From the IMG/VR virus record IMGVR_UViG_3300015155_000017: a stretch of 61,304 nucleotides of DNA; one strand, given 5' to 3'. Below are positions 53,546 through 61,304 of the stretch, in pieces (the first letter of the stretch is position 1; each line of letters begins with the position of its first letter). Under the pieces are notes generated by a model. The model was not told the origin of the DNA, ran no database searches, and was given only the letters and a program-made list of their open reading frames with translations. A program made the translations under genes and the position numbers. The stretch is from a virus (lineage: Duplodnaviria; Heunggongvirae; Uroviricota; Caudoviricetes).

Positions 53546-56522
53546 TATTTAGCTCCTTTGCCACACCTAATAACAGTTCCAGCAATCCGTCACCATTCAT
53601 CAGTGATGCGGCAGCGGCCTCTTTGTCATGATACAACTGAAGAGCCATAGAGAATACTTCCGTTGCTGACGTTTTGGAAATAGTCGGTGATTTCTGCCGA
53701 ATTTTCCCGGTGTTACTTACTGAGGCTGGCGGGTATACCTTCGCCATATAAATATTACTCAATCGAGATCTGAAGCACCATTCAGGCTTGCCACGCCCAC
53801 CGATATTAACGAAAGATGGCTTATCCCCTTCAACATTGGCCTTCAGGAATGACCGGGCTTTCTCTAACAAACCAGGGTTACTGTACTCAAGATGATGACC
53901 CAGCTCGTGCCACAGTGCACTTGCATTTTCATCGTTCAAATTGACAGCAACAACACCATTAAGATTTGCATATGCCCTTCCCTGGTGGTGAACCACCTTT
54001 GATAAGGTCGAAATTTTACCGCCGGTCAGGCGATAAATATCAGCAAGTTCCTTGCGCAGGTCTATCCCACCATTCTGTCCAGCGCGGGCTTCTTCCACTT
54101 CTTCCGTGATAAAAGAGTCGGCCCACTCAAGAGCTTTTTCTTCAGATACGGATGAGTTTGCGATCGCACTGTTCATGGCAGATAACACTTTCTCGTGGAC
54201 CGAACCCATACTTCGCTGATTCATTTGCCAGCGTGTCTGCGGGTTATATGAGAATCGCTTAAGTAGTTGGTCAAGCTGCTCAAGTTCTTCTTCGCTGACA
54301 TACTTTTTAGCCTCACCAATAATGCCGGGGAGAATATTGCCGTTAGGATTAAACGCTCGCGAAAGGAAGAGTTTCAGCGCCCCCATGCCCTCCGATGCTT
54401 CAATATCACCAATAACACGGTTAACAATGGCCGCACTCTTCGGATTAGCATCCGCCAACGCTCTGGCTACGATTTGCAGTGACGATACGACCTCACGCTG
54501 CATATCAGTCCTGATCTCATCAATAAACTCTGGCGTTATGCCGTGCTCTTTAAGGATATCCCTGCCTTCCGCCGTTACCCCATCGATATCACCGACATGT
54601 TTATTAATCTGACTTTGCAATGCCTTAAATGCCTTCAGAATTCCACGGGCATCATCAGCTTTACTAACGGCCTTCCTGAATGCTGGCAAGAAGTCTGAGT
54701 TAACCTCATTTTGTTGATCGGCCCACTGAATGGAGGCTTCCTTCATCTCGTCCAGAGTCAGATCTCCCAACGCGGTATGGTCTGTGAATATGAGCGATAA
54801 CCTCTGAACCATTTCTGCCAATGGTGATACTGATTGCGCCGCGCTAAGGAATGCTTTCACCCTGGTTGGGCGAATGGAAAACCAGTCAATAGCTGGTGGC
54901 ATATCTCCGTTTTTTATCGCCTGCGCTATCTCGTCAAAGCCATCGCGCCCAAGGGAGGATGCGTGATTTAACAAGCCGCGAAGTAACGAATTGCTGATAC
55001 CGAATAATCGGCACCATTTTTTCACGTCGGCAACAGGCATTCGAACAAAATGCGCAAGCACTTGAACAAGCTGTTCATCCTGGGGATCTGTACGGGAAAG
55101 CAGCCTGATCAGATGAATAATGTCTTTGATGCCGGATGCCCGATGTAATAGCAAGCTGGTATATGGAGCAACACCGTTGTAACTACCGCCAGAAGCTGAC
55201 TCGAAAAGACCGCCAGATATCCCTTGCATACCTTCGTTTTCCAGTTCCTGAGATACTTGGCGAAGGATATCCTGTAACGACACATCGCCGCCGCCAAACA
55301 TATCCCCGAGCGCCTGGCCCTGGTGCTGTAACTCATCATTGATACGTTGCGCCATCAACTTAAAGGCGGTGGCCATACGCTTCGCACTACGGTTATTCGC
55401 GACGATGAACAACGCGAGTGCTTTCACTTCCGGGGCCGTTTCGCTGAACATATCCCCCTGAGCAATAACATCGGTAATATGCTGGCCTGACTCCTTCGAT
55501 TGCCTTACCAGGTCTACCGCATCTTTCAATGCCGCCAGCGCCTTTTTATCGAGGCTATCCGCTGTCTCAATGCCATCAACAATAGTTGTCACAGCCTGCT
55601 TGTGCGCTTCTCCTGATAAAGCCTGCATCTGGACAAAATCATTGGCTGCCGCATTAAGCGCCGTCAGAACATTACGCATATCCGGATCAGGTTCTTCTGC
55701 AACCATCCTTACCAGGCGCGCATCCTTATATGCCTTGGCAAAGATCGCGTTTTGTATACGGTCTACAAGTTGCCGTGTTGGTCGCCCATCTTCAGTTACA
55801 AGGCCAGCCGCCTGTGTGGCACCAACTTGCGTCATAAATCCGCGAATAAACGCGTCATTACTGCGGCTAAGCAGATCTCCGCTTTCTGACGGGTTAAAAA
55901 GCGCCATCATCGCCGGTGTTATGCTGTCGGCATCAACAAAAGCCTTTTCACTGGCTGCCATTTCCTGGAGATCAGAAATATTTGAGTCCTTGGCAAACTG
56001 AACACGGTCAACCTTCGTTAACCGGCGGCGCACCAGTACCGGAGCCGTCATTGATTCAACCTTTTCAGGCCGTATGCCGAATTCGGTCGCATGTTCAATC
56101 AGGTACTCCCGATACCGATCCGCATTACCGTCCTGATAGGCTTTAATGATCCCCATGGTCCGCCCATTACCTGACTCAACGGCATTGTCCTCACCAATTA
56201 TTGGCGCGCCATGGCTGGATAAACCGGAATCGGTAAGCTGGGCAGGACGCAAATCCTTGGATATCTGGTTGACCTGAAGAAGGCTGGATGCGCGGGTCCG
56301 GTCGCGCGGCTGAAGTTCCTGGGGATAGTCTGGATTAATTTTCCCATCCAGAGTATTGGATACCAAAAGAACTGAGGCATCGACGATATCAAACGCTGTT
56401 TTTACCTCGTCTCCCTTCGCTGTCACCACATACGAAACCCGCCCATAATCGGGCAGGTTCTTTAGCAGCTCGATCAGCGTTTCTATGCTGGTGGCCATTA
56501 CCACCTGATCGCTTAAGCTCAT
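53535..56522 (-). CDS. ddrB: DdrB, Dar-operon internal virion protein (995 aa)
   Basis: Large ORF downstream of ddrA in the dar operon. Confidence 0.65.
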   Translation of the reverse strand: MSLSDQVVMATSIETLIELLKNLPDYGRVSYVVTAKGDEVKTAFDIVDASVLLVSNTLDGKINPDYPQELQPRDRTRASSLLQVNQISKDLRPAQLTDSGLSSHGAPIIGEDNAVESGNGRTMGIIKAYQDGNADRYREYLIEHATEFGIRPEKVESMTAPVLVRRRLTKVDRVQFAKDSNISDLQEMAASEKAFVDADSITPAMMALFNPSESGDLLSRSNDAFIRGFMTQVGATQAAGLVTEDGRPTRQLVDRIQNAIFAKAYKDARLVRMVAEEPDPDMRNVLTALNAAANDFVQMQALSGEAHKQAVTTIVDGIETADSLDKKALAALKDAVDLVRQSKESGQHITDVIAQGDMFSETAPEVKALALFIVANNRSAKRMATAFKLMAQRINDELQHQGQALGDMFGGGDVSLQDILRQVSQELENEGMQGISGGLFESASGGSYNGVAPYTSLLLHRASGIKDIIHLIRLLSRTDPQDEQLVQVLAHFVRMPVADVKKWCRLFGISNSLLRGLLNHASSLGRDGFDEIAQAIKNGDMPPAIDWFSIRPTRVKAFLSAAQSVSPLAEMVQRLSLIFTDHTALGDLTLDEMKEASIQWADQQNEVNSDFLPAFRKAVSKADDARGILKAFKALQSQINKHVGDIDGVTAEGRDILKEHGITPEFIDEIRTDMQREVVSSLQIVARALADANPKSAAIVNRVIGDIEASEGMGALKLFLSRAFNPNGNILPGIIGEAKKYVSEEELEQLDQLLKRFSYNPQTRWQMNQRSMGSVHEKVLSAMNSAIANSSVSEEKALEWADSFITEEVEEARAGQNGGIDLRKELADIYRLTGGKISTLSKVVHHQGRAYANLNGVVAVNLNDENASALWHELGHHLEYSNPGLLEKARSFLKANVEGDKPSFVNIGGRGKPEWCFRSRLSNIYMAKVYPPASVSNTGKIRQKSPTISKTSATEVFSMALQLYHDKEAAAASLMNGDGLLELLLGVAKELNNAD

Positions 56523-56534
56523 CCCTGTTACGCC

Positions 56535-56900
56535 TTATGCTGCCTCTTTAATGTTGGCGGCTATCCATGCCGCCGTGTGCTGTTTAACCTGGTCCAGGTC
56601 GATGTATGTGCCAACATATTGACTCAAATCCTGCAAGGTACCGATAAATGCATCGGTGCTCTGATCGACGAATTTATCAGCCAGGAAATCAGCAACCAGT
56701 TTTGGCACACCATCATGTACCGCAGGTTGTTTTTCCTCGCCACTACTGCCGCCGGACACACCGTACCCCATCTGTTGCATGATCTGGTCAATTTCATCGC
56801 TGATATCCAGCAACTCCATGCCACTCGCGGTAGCCGCTTTGGACATCAGAGCATCCAACTTATCGCTGAGATCCATTAACTCAATAGCTGATAGTGTCAT
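56535..56900 (-). CDS. ddrA: DdrA (121 aa)
   Basis: Overlapping-stop ORF immediately downstream of darA. Confidence 0.6.
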   Translation of the reverse strand: MTLSAIELMDLSDKLDALMSKAATASGMELLDISDEIDQIMQQMGYGVSGGSSGEEKQPAVHDGVPKLVADFLADKFVDQSTDAFIGTLQDLSQYVGTYIDLDQVKQHTAAWIAANIKEAA

Positions 56901-58816
56901 GCCGCTACCCCCGCTTTCTGGATTGCTACCAGCAGATCAGCCAGGTGGCGAGCAGCGCCATTAACCAGCTCTTCGTTTTCCTCAAAACGCCCGGCAGCCT
57001 GAAGGGCTGCAATCGCTTCCCGGACATTACCCCGGGCGTTACGGATCTCCGCCATGTCAGTGCTTTGCATATCCATCACGTTATTGAGATATTCAATGGC
57101 TTTATTAGCCTCTGCATCTGCTTCGCTAACCGTTTCATCAGGCTGTGCCGGGGCAGGTTCTGGCTGAGTAATCTCACCGACTTCGGCCTGCAATGCATTG
57201 ATCATGCTCTGCACCATTTTCTCGGTGCCTGCGCCCCCCGGAAACGCAATATTGGGGAAAGTTTTTTGAAACTGAGTTTTCAGCATTACGCGGAACTCGT
57301 CTGGTGAGCTGGTGGCCAGATCCAGAGCTTTTTGTGCATATTTGCCAAACGGACCATTAGTAAGTGTCTTCGCCAGGAAGTCGAAAGAATCCTCGCGAGG
57401 CAATAACTTCAGGTCGTACTCACTCATTTGCTGATCAGAAAGCGGGGTATCGTAAGTAGCAATGCCGTAGCGTGCATATTCATAATACGGGTCACCTTCA
57501 TCAGGGCGCGGCAGAATTGCTTTGTTACCTTCAGGTATTGCGCCAGGGGCCGCCGGACGCATTTGCAAGGCATATCGATATGCACCTACAGAGACTTCTG
57601 GTTCAGGCGAAGAGCTACCGGTATCCTCCGCTGGTTCAGGTTCGACGTTTTCCGGTTTATGTTCTTCTGGTTGGACCAGATATTCCGATACATTACCCGC
57701 TTTATAGGCTTTAAACAGCTTGCCGATCGCATCTGCCATGTCCACACCCTGTATGGATTTAGCCTTGATCATGTACACGCTGCCATCCGAATCGGTTAAC
57801 TGGATATACCCTTCGCCGTCCTCAATGAATTGCTTCATTGATGCTCCATTACTGAGCGTCACTTCCCCGTTCATATGCATACGATTTTTGATACTGGCAA
57901 GGCGATCCGTCAGCGCGCGAGAGTGCCCACCAGTCATCCCCGCTGGAGCAATGGTATCGCGCCCACCAGTGCGATTGAGCTGATCAATCTCCGTCTGCAA
58001 ACGCTCATTCTCTTCATAAAGAGAATCCGCTTCCGATGCAACAGCGTTAATTTTCTGCTCCAGATCTGCCTTCTGCCCTTCTACCGCTGCCACCTGATCC
58101 GCGAGGTCGCTCATGGCATCCTCTTTCTGGTCACTGTCAGCCTGTAGTTGGGTTATTTCATCAACAAGGGCTTTTTTCTTCTTCTGCGCACGCTGGAATT
58201 TTGCCGAGTTTTTCTCTGCAAGGTTGGCAAGTTTCATGGTGACCTGCGCCAGCGTCATATCACGTCCACTCATCGGAGCAACGGTGTGAGTAACGTCTTT
58301 TTTATTCAGTAAGAACTGGAAAGCAACCAGCGTATCGCTATTGGTGATCCGGTTTTCCGCTGTCGGGCTATGAAACAGAATGCTGATAGTCTGACCATCA
58401 CTGAGCGGAATAATGGCTGGCAGGACCGGCAGCCCGTTAACGTTACGTGCCCGGCCAATTTCAGCGCCGCCGATCGCGCGCGCGCCGCTCTGGGCCACAT
58501 CCCCCGTTTTATCACTCCCCGCAGAGATTCCGGTACCATTCAGCTTCTGGTTCAATGCCCGGACAAATGCCTGCATGGTCCGGTGTAACTGCAAACGAGT
58601 AGAACTAATCGCCTCCAGTAAATCCGTAGCACACCAGTGGATCGGCGTGTCATAGAAGAACGTAGCCTCGATTTCCTCCAGGGTGTTGGATTCCGTCATC
58701 AGATAGCGGTCCTCACCGGCCATTAATGCGCGATATTCATCATCAGTCACTGGCGGGGGAAGCACGTCAAGCCCAGGCTTGATCGTCACCCCTTTATTGA
58801 TATTGAACTGTTCCAT
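56897..58816 (-). CDS. darA: DarA antirestriction/head protein (639 aa)
   Basis: Shares the LxDGQ...KNSAKFQ segment with the upstream Hdf; P1 order. Confidence 0.8.
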   Translation of the reverse strand: MEQFNINKGVTIKPGLDVLPPPVTDDEYRALMAGEDRYLMTESNTLEEIEATFFYDTPIHWCATDLLEAISSTRLQLHRTMQAFVRALNQKLNGTGISAGSDKTGDVAQSGARAIGGAEIGRARNVNGLPVLPAIIPLSDGQTISILFHSPTAENRITNSDTLVAFQFLLNKKDVTHTVAPMSGRDMTLAQVTMKLANLAEKNSAKFQRAQKKKKALVDEITQLQADSDQKEDAMSDLADQVAAVEGQKADLEQKINAVASEADSLYEENERLQTEIDQLNRTGGRDTIAPAGMTGGHSRALTDRLASIKNRMHMNGEVTLSNGASMKQFIEDGEGYIQLTDSDGSVYMIKAKSIQGVDMADAIGKLFKAYKAGNVSEYLVQPEEHKPENVEPEPAEDTGSSSPEPEVSVGAYRYALQMRPAAPGAIPEGNKAILPRPDEGDPYYEYARYGIATYDTPLSDQQMSEYDLKLLPREDSFDFLAKTLTNGPFGKYAQKALDLATSSPDEFRVMLKTQFQKTFPNIAFPGGAGTEKMVQSMINALQAEVGEITQPEPAPAQPDETVSEADAEANKAIEYLNNVMDMQSTDMAEIRNARGNVREAIAALQAAGRFEENEELVNGAARHLADLLVAIQKAGVAA

Positions 58817-58817
58817 G

Positions 58818-59429
58818 TTAATTTCCTGCTTTCAGTTGCTTAAGACGACGTTTGAGTTCGCCATTCCGTGCCTTTTCGTTATTGAGTCGGCCCGTCTCCT
58901 TATCCAGCTTCGCCCGCAAATCAGTGATCTGCTGTTGATTGAAAGACACCGAATTCTGCGCGGACTTATAAGCGGCAACCACCTGAGCATTCCGCTGTTT
59001 TGCTTCTTGCAGGCGCTGAAAGTTGGATTTAACTGCCGGTTTCTTGTCTACCGGATTGGCAACACGCTTCGCTTTGGCGATCAGTGATTTCTGGAATTTT
59101 GCGGAGTTTTTGCGGGCCGCCTGTCCCATGACGGTACCAAGCGTCTTGATATCCGGCGACTGAGCGTTAGGAATAGCTTTTCCATTCAGCTTCACAGACG
59201 ATATATCGCCAGTATCGTTTACCTGTATGGCAAGAATTTGTCCGTCGTTAAGAACCAGCTTTGCGGTTTTAACTTTAACGCCATCTTTCGTTGTTGCGCG
59301 GTTGCTGGAGTCAACCTCAATTACCGTAACACCGGTTTTATTGATCGCCGCGATAAGGGATTTCAGCCCCTTTTCATTAACCTGGTCAAAATCGACCGTT
59401 GCATACTTATTTTTCGTCATCTGACACAT
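58818..59429 (-). CDS. hdf: Hdf, homolog of a DarA fragment (203 aa)
   Basis: LNDGQILAIQVND...AARKNSAKFQKSL parallels DarA LSDGQTISILFHS...AEKNSAKFQRAQ. Confidence 0.7.
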   Translation of the reverse strand: MCQMTKNKYATVDFDQVNEKGLKSLIAAINKTGVTVIEVDSSNRATTKDGVKVKTAKLVLNDGQILAIQVNDTGDISSVKLNGKAIPNAQSPDIKTLGTVMGQAARKNSAKFQKSLIAKAKRVANPVDKKPAVKSNFQRLQEAKQRNAQVVAAYKSAQNSVSFNQQQITDLRAKLDKETGRLNNEKARNGELKRRLKQLKAGN

Positions 59430-59850
59430 CCTGTGCGAGATTTATTACGTAACTTCTGCGGATTTGCTGAGTAACAGGGAAAATCCGATACAACGGGTTA
59501 ATGAACGAGTCGCCATGCGTAACCATGACGTTGAAATGCCACAGTCGCTCTCCTTTACCCATATATTCAGTGGGTATGTACAACCATTCACTGTTTTCGC
59601 CCTGTTCAGCCGACGTCAGACAACGTTGTTCACCTTCAATCACTGTCGTCGGCTTCTGAACATCGCGGATCCAATATCTGACCGTTGCGCCGCGCAAAAA
59701 CGGGAATTTAGACCGGTACTTGAACGGCACCCGGATGAAACCCGGTTTAATTTCCACATCACCAAGTTCTAAATGCGTGATGTCCTTGCGTTTTAGCAAA
59801 TAGCGATCGGCTAAGGCTAACGCAAGAACGCATACACCCCAGCCAATCAT
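59407..59850 (-). CDS. lydB: putative antiholin (147 aa)
   Basis: N-terminal TM segment; follows lydA. Confidence 0.55.
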   Translation of the reverse strand: MIGWGVCVLALALADRYLLKRKDITHLELGDVEIKPGFIRVPFKYRSKFPFLRGATVRYWIRDVQKPTTVIEGEQRCLTSAEQGENSEWLYIPTEYMGKGERLWHFNVMVTHGDSFINPLYRIFPVTQQIRRSYVINLAQDVSDDEK

Positions 59851-60176
59851 TTCCCGCCTCCCTTTTTCACCAAACTTGTAAGAACATTCAGAATGCTATC
59901 GATATTCACTCGTTTCATCCCTGAAATCACCTCATGACCGTTATTGCTGGCTATCGTTACCATTAAGTACGTAATTGATAACTCCCAGCCCTCGTGTTGC
60001 CCCAATAGGTACGCCACCGCGCCAGCTGTCACTGCAACAAAGATCTCCGTAACCAATCCCAACAAATTGCCAGACTGGCGACCGTCTCGGACATCCATCA
60101 GGAACGTGCCTATCCCACCAATTACTGAAAGCAGGAGCGCAATAGCAACTGGAGCTAATTCCTGTGTGTCAAGCAC
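59847..60176 (-). CDS. lydA: holin (109 aa)
   Basis: Multi-TM small protein at head of dar operon. Confidence 0.65.
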   Translation of the reverse strand: MLDTQELAPVAIALLLSVIGGIGTFLMDVRDGRQSGNLLGLVTEIFVAVTAGAVAYLLGQHEGWELSITYLMVTIASNNGHEVISGMKRVNIDSILNVLTSLVKKGGGK

Positions 60177-60230
60177 AAGTTCCCTCCTACGTTGTCAGGA
60201 GGTAATGGTATGCAAAGTAACTTCTCAACC

Positions 60231-60243
60231 GGTCATTTGTTGC
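60231..60243 (-). promoter_or_regulatory. candidate late promoter element (GCAACAAATGACC on minus strand) upstream of lydA
   Basis: Motif family member, ~55 nt upstream of the lydA start. Confidence 0.3.
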
Positions 60244-60525
60244 TTAAGAGGCATTTCTATTGAGGTACGAATCGATAATCCTTTGTAACTTTTCAAGAAT
60301 GAGCCTGTTATTGATGCTGCAAATAATAGTCACGCAATTCTGAAGACTTTCATCCATACCCTTATATTCCGCGAAATACATGCCTATAAAGCCTGCAAGT
60401 ACGGCAGCAATACACTCGGCCATCAATTGCCTGCATGACGCTTCGTAACGTTTTTCACGAACCCCATTCAGAAACGAATGCACCCCGCCAAGGATGGAGA
60501 GGAGCATTATTGTGAAATCACACAT
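60244..60525 (-). CDS. holin-like membrane protein, paralog of LydA (93 aa)
   Basis: LLSILGGVHSFLNGVREKR...AAVLAGFIGMY parallels LydA. Confidence 0.5.
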   Translation of the reverse strand: MCDFTIMLLSILGGVHSFLNGVREKRYEASCRQLMAECIAAVLAGFIGMYFAEYKGMDESLQNCVTIICSINNRLILEKLQRIIDSYLNRNAS

Positions 60526-60652
60526 AACTATTTCCTTAATAGTGAATTAAATATCATTGGGAAACGGTATGTACTTTGTGATTTCCACACATACTGGTTT
60601 TTGTTAATTAAAATCCGCAGCTTGCTATAAATAACGATAGTGAGCAGAAAAT

Positions 60653-61213
60653 ATGCTAATAGGCTATGTACGCGTATCAACAAATGAACAAAACACTGCT
60701 TTACAACGAAACGCTCTTGAAAGCGCAGGATGTGAGCTAATTTTTGAGGACAAGGCGAGCGGCAAAAAGGCTGAACGCCCTGGGTTAAAAAAGGTTCTCC
60801 GTATGCTTTCCAGAGGTGACACCCTAGTCGTATGGAAGTTAGATCGTCTTGGGCGCAGCATGCGTCACTTAGTTGTGCTGGTGGAAGAGCTGCGTGACAG
60901 AGGCATTAACTTCCGGAGTCTCACTGACTCCATCGACACCAGTACACCAATGGGGCGCTTTTTCTTTCACGTAATGGGGGCGCTGGCAGAAATGGAACGT
61001 GAGCTTATCGTTGAACGTACACGCGCTGGACTTGATGCAGCTCGCGCAGAAGGTCGTATAGGTGGACGTCGGCCTAAATACCAAGAAGAAACATGGCAGC
61101 AAATGCGGCGATTGCTCGAGAAGGGCATCCCCCGTAAGCAGGTTGCAATCATCTATGATGTGGCTGTTTCCACGCTTTATAAGAAGTTTCCGGCGTCATC
61201 ATTTCAATCCTAA
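60653..61213 (+). CDS. cin: Cin serine DNA invertase (186 aa)
   Basis: MLIGYVRVSTNEQNTALQ...; resolvase/invertase catalytic Ser and C-terminal HTH. Confidence 0.9.
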   Translation: MLIGYVRVSTNEQNTALQRNALESAGCELIFEDKASGKKAERPGLKKVLRMLSRGDTLVVWKLDRLGRSMRHLVVLVEELRDRGINFRSLTDSIDTSTPMGRFFFHVMGALAEMERELIVERTRAGLDAARAEGRIGGRRPKYQEETWQQMRRLLEKGIPRKQVAIIYDVAVSTLYKKFPASSFQS

Positions 61214-61232
61214 ACCTTGGTTTAAGAGAACT
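61207..61232 (+). other. cix inversion crossover site
   Basis: CAATCCTAAACCTTGGTTTAAGAGAA, imperfect dyad with 2-bp core, overlapping the cin stop. Confidence 0.6.
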
Positions 61233-61304
61233 CGGTACCAGCGGTGAAAAGATCCCCCTGTTGAGCACGGCTAACACATGGAGTGCGCGCCAGACTTTCA
61301 ACGG

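Overview
This 61.3 kb window reads as a contiguous segment of a P1-like temperate phage-plasmid (phage P1 family). All calls are from reading the sequence and recalling the P1 gene order and protein families; no database search was run. Landmarks seen directly: an exact 34-bp loxP site followed by a 343-aa Cre recombinase; the pacA/pacB terminase with the pac site (GATC-containing TGATCA hexamer clusters) inside pacA; the c1 repressor and coi; at least ten copies of the 17-bp C1 operator ATTGCTCTAATAAATTT; phd-doc; humD behind a LexA box; a DnaB-type helicase (ban); three tRNAs; the bifunctional C5/N6 methyltransferase dmt; the 2255-aa DarB and the lydA-lydB-hdf-darA-ddrA-ddrB operon; SAR-type lysozyme, ssb, and the Cin invertase with a cix site. 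Synteny runs uhr/hrdC-dmt-tci-tRNA-ban, tail/baseplate genes, a long block of small early genes, hot-humD-phd-doc-lpa-pacAB-c1-coi-loxP-cre-cra-ref-mat, then lxc-ulx-darB-prt-pro-lyz-ssb and the dar operon to cin. The main departure from P1 as I recall it is between mat and lxc: the type III res-mod genes are absent and the site holds a ~1.1 kb AT-rich cassette with a single 346-aa ORF, the best candidate for an undescribed defence gene. Other items worth follow-up are a DUF2829/Tad2-like domain protein after ssb, a family of covarying structured non-coding elements around the tRNA genes, a recurring AACAAGTGACT-like motif upstream of late operons, and several small hydrophobic peptide genes below the ORF-track size cutoff. 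No rRNA, CRISPR array, IS element or integrase/att site was found.
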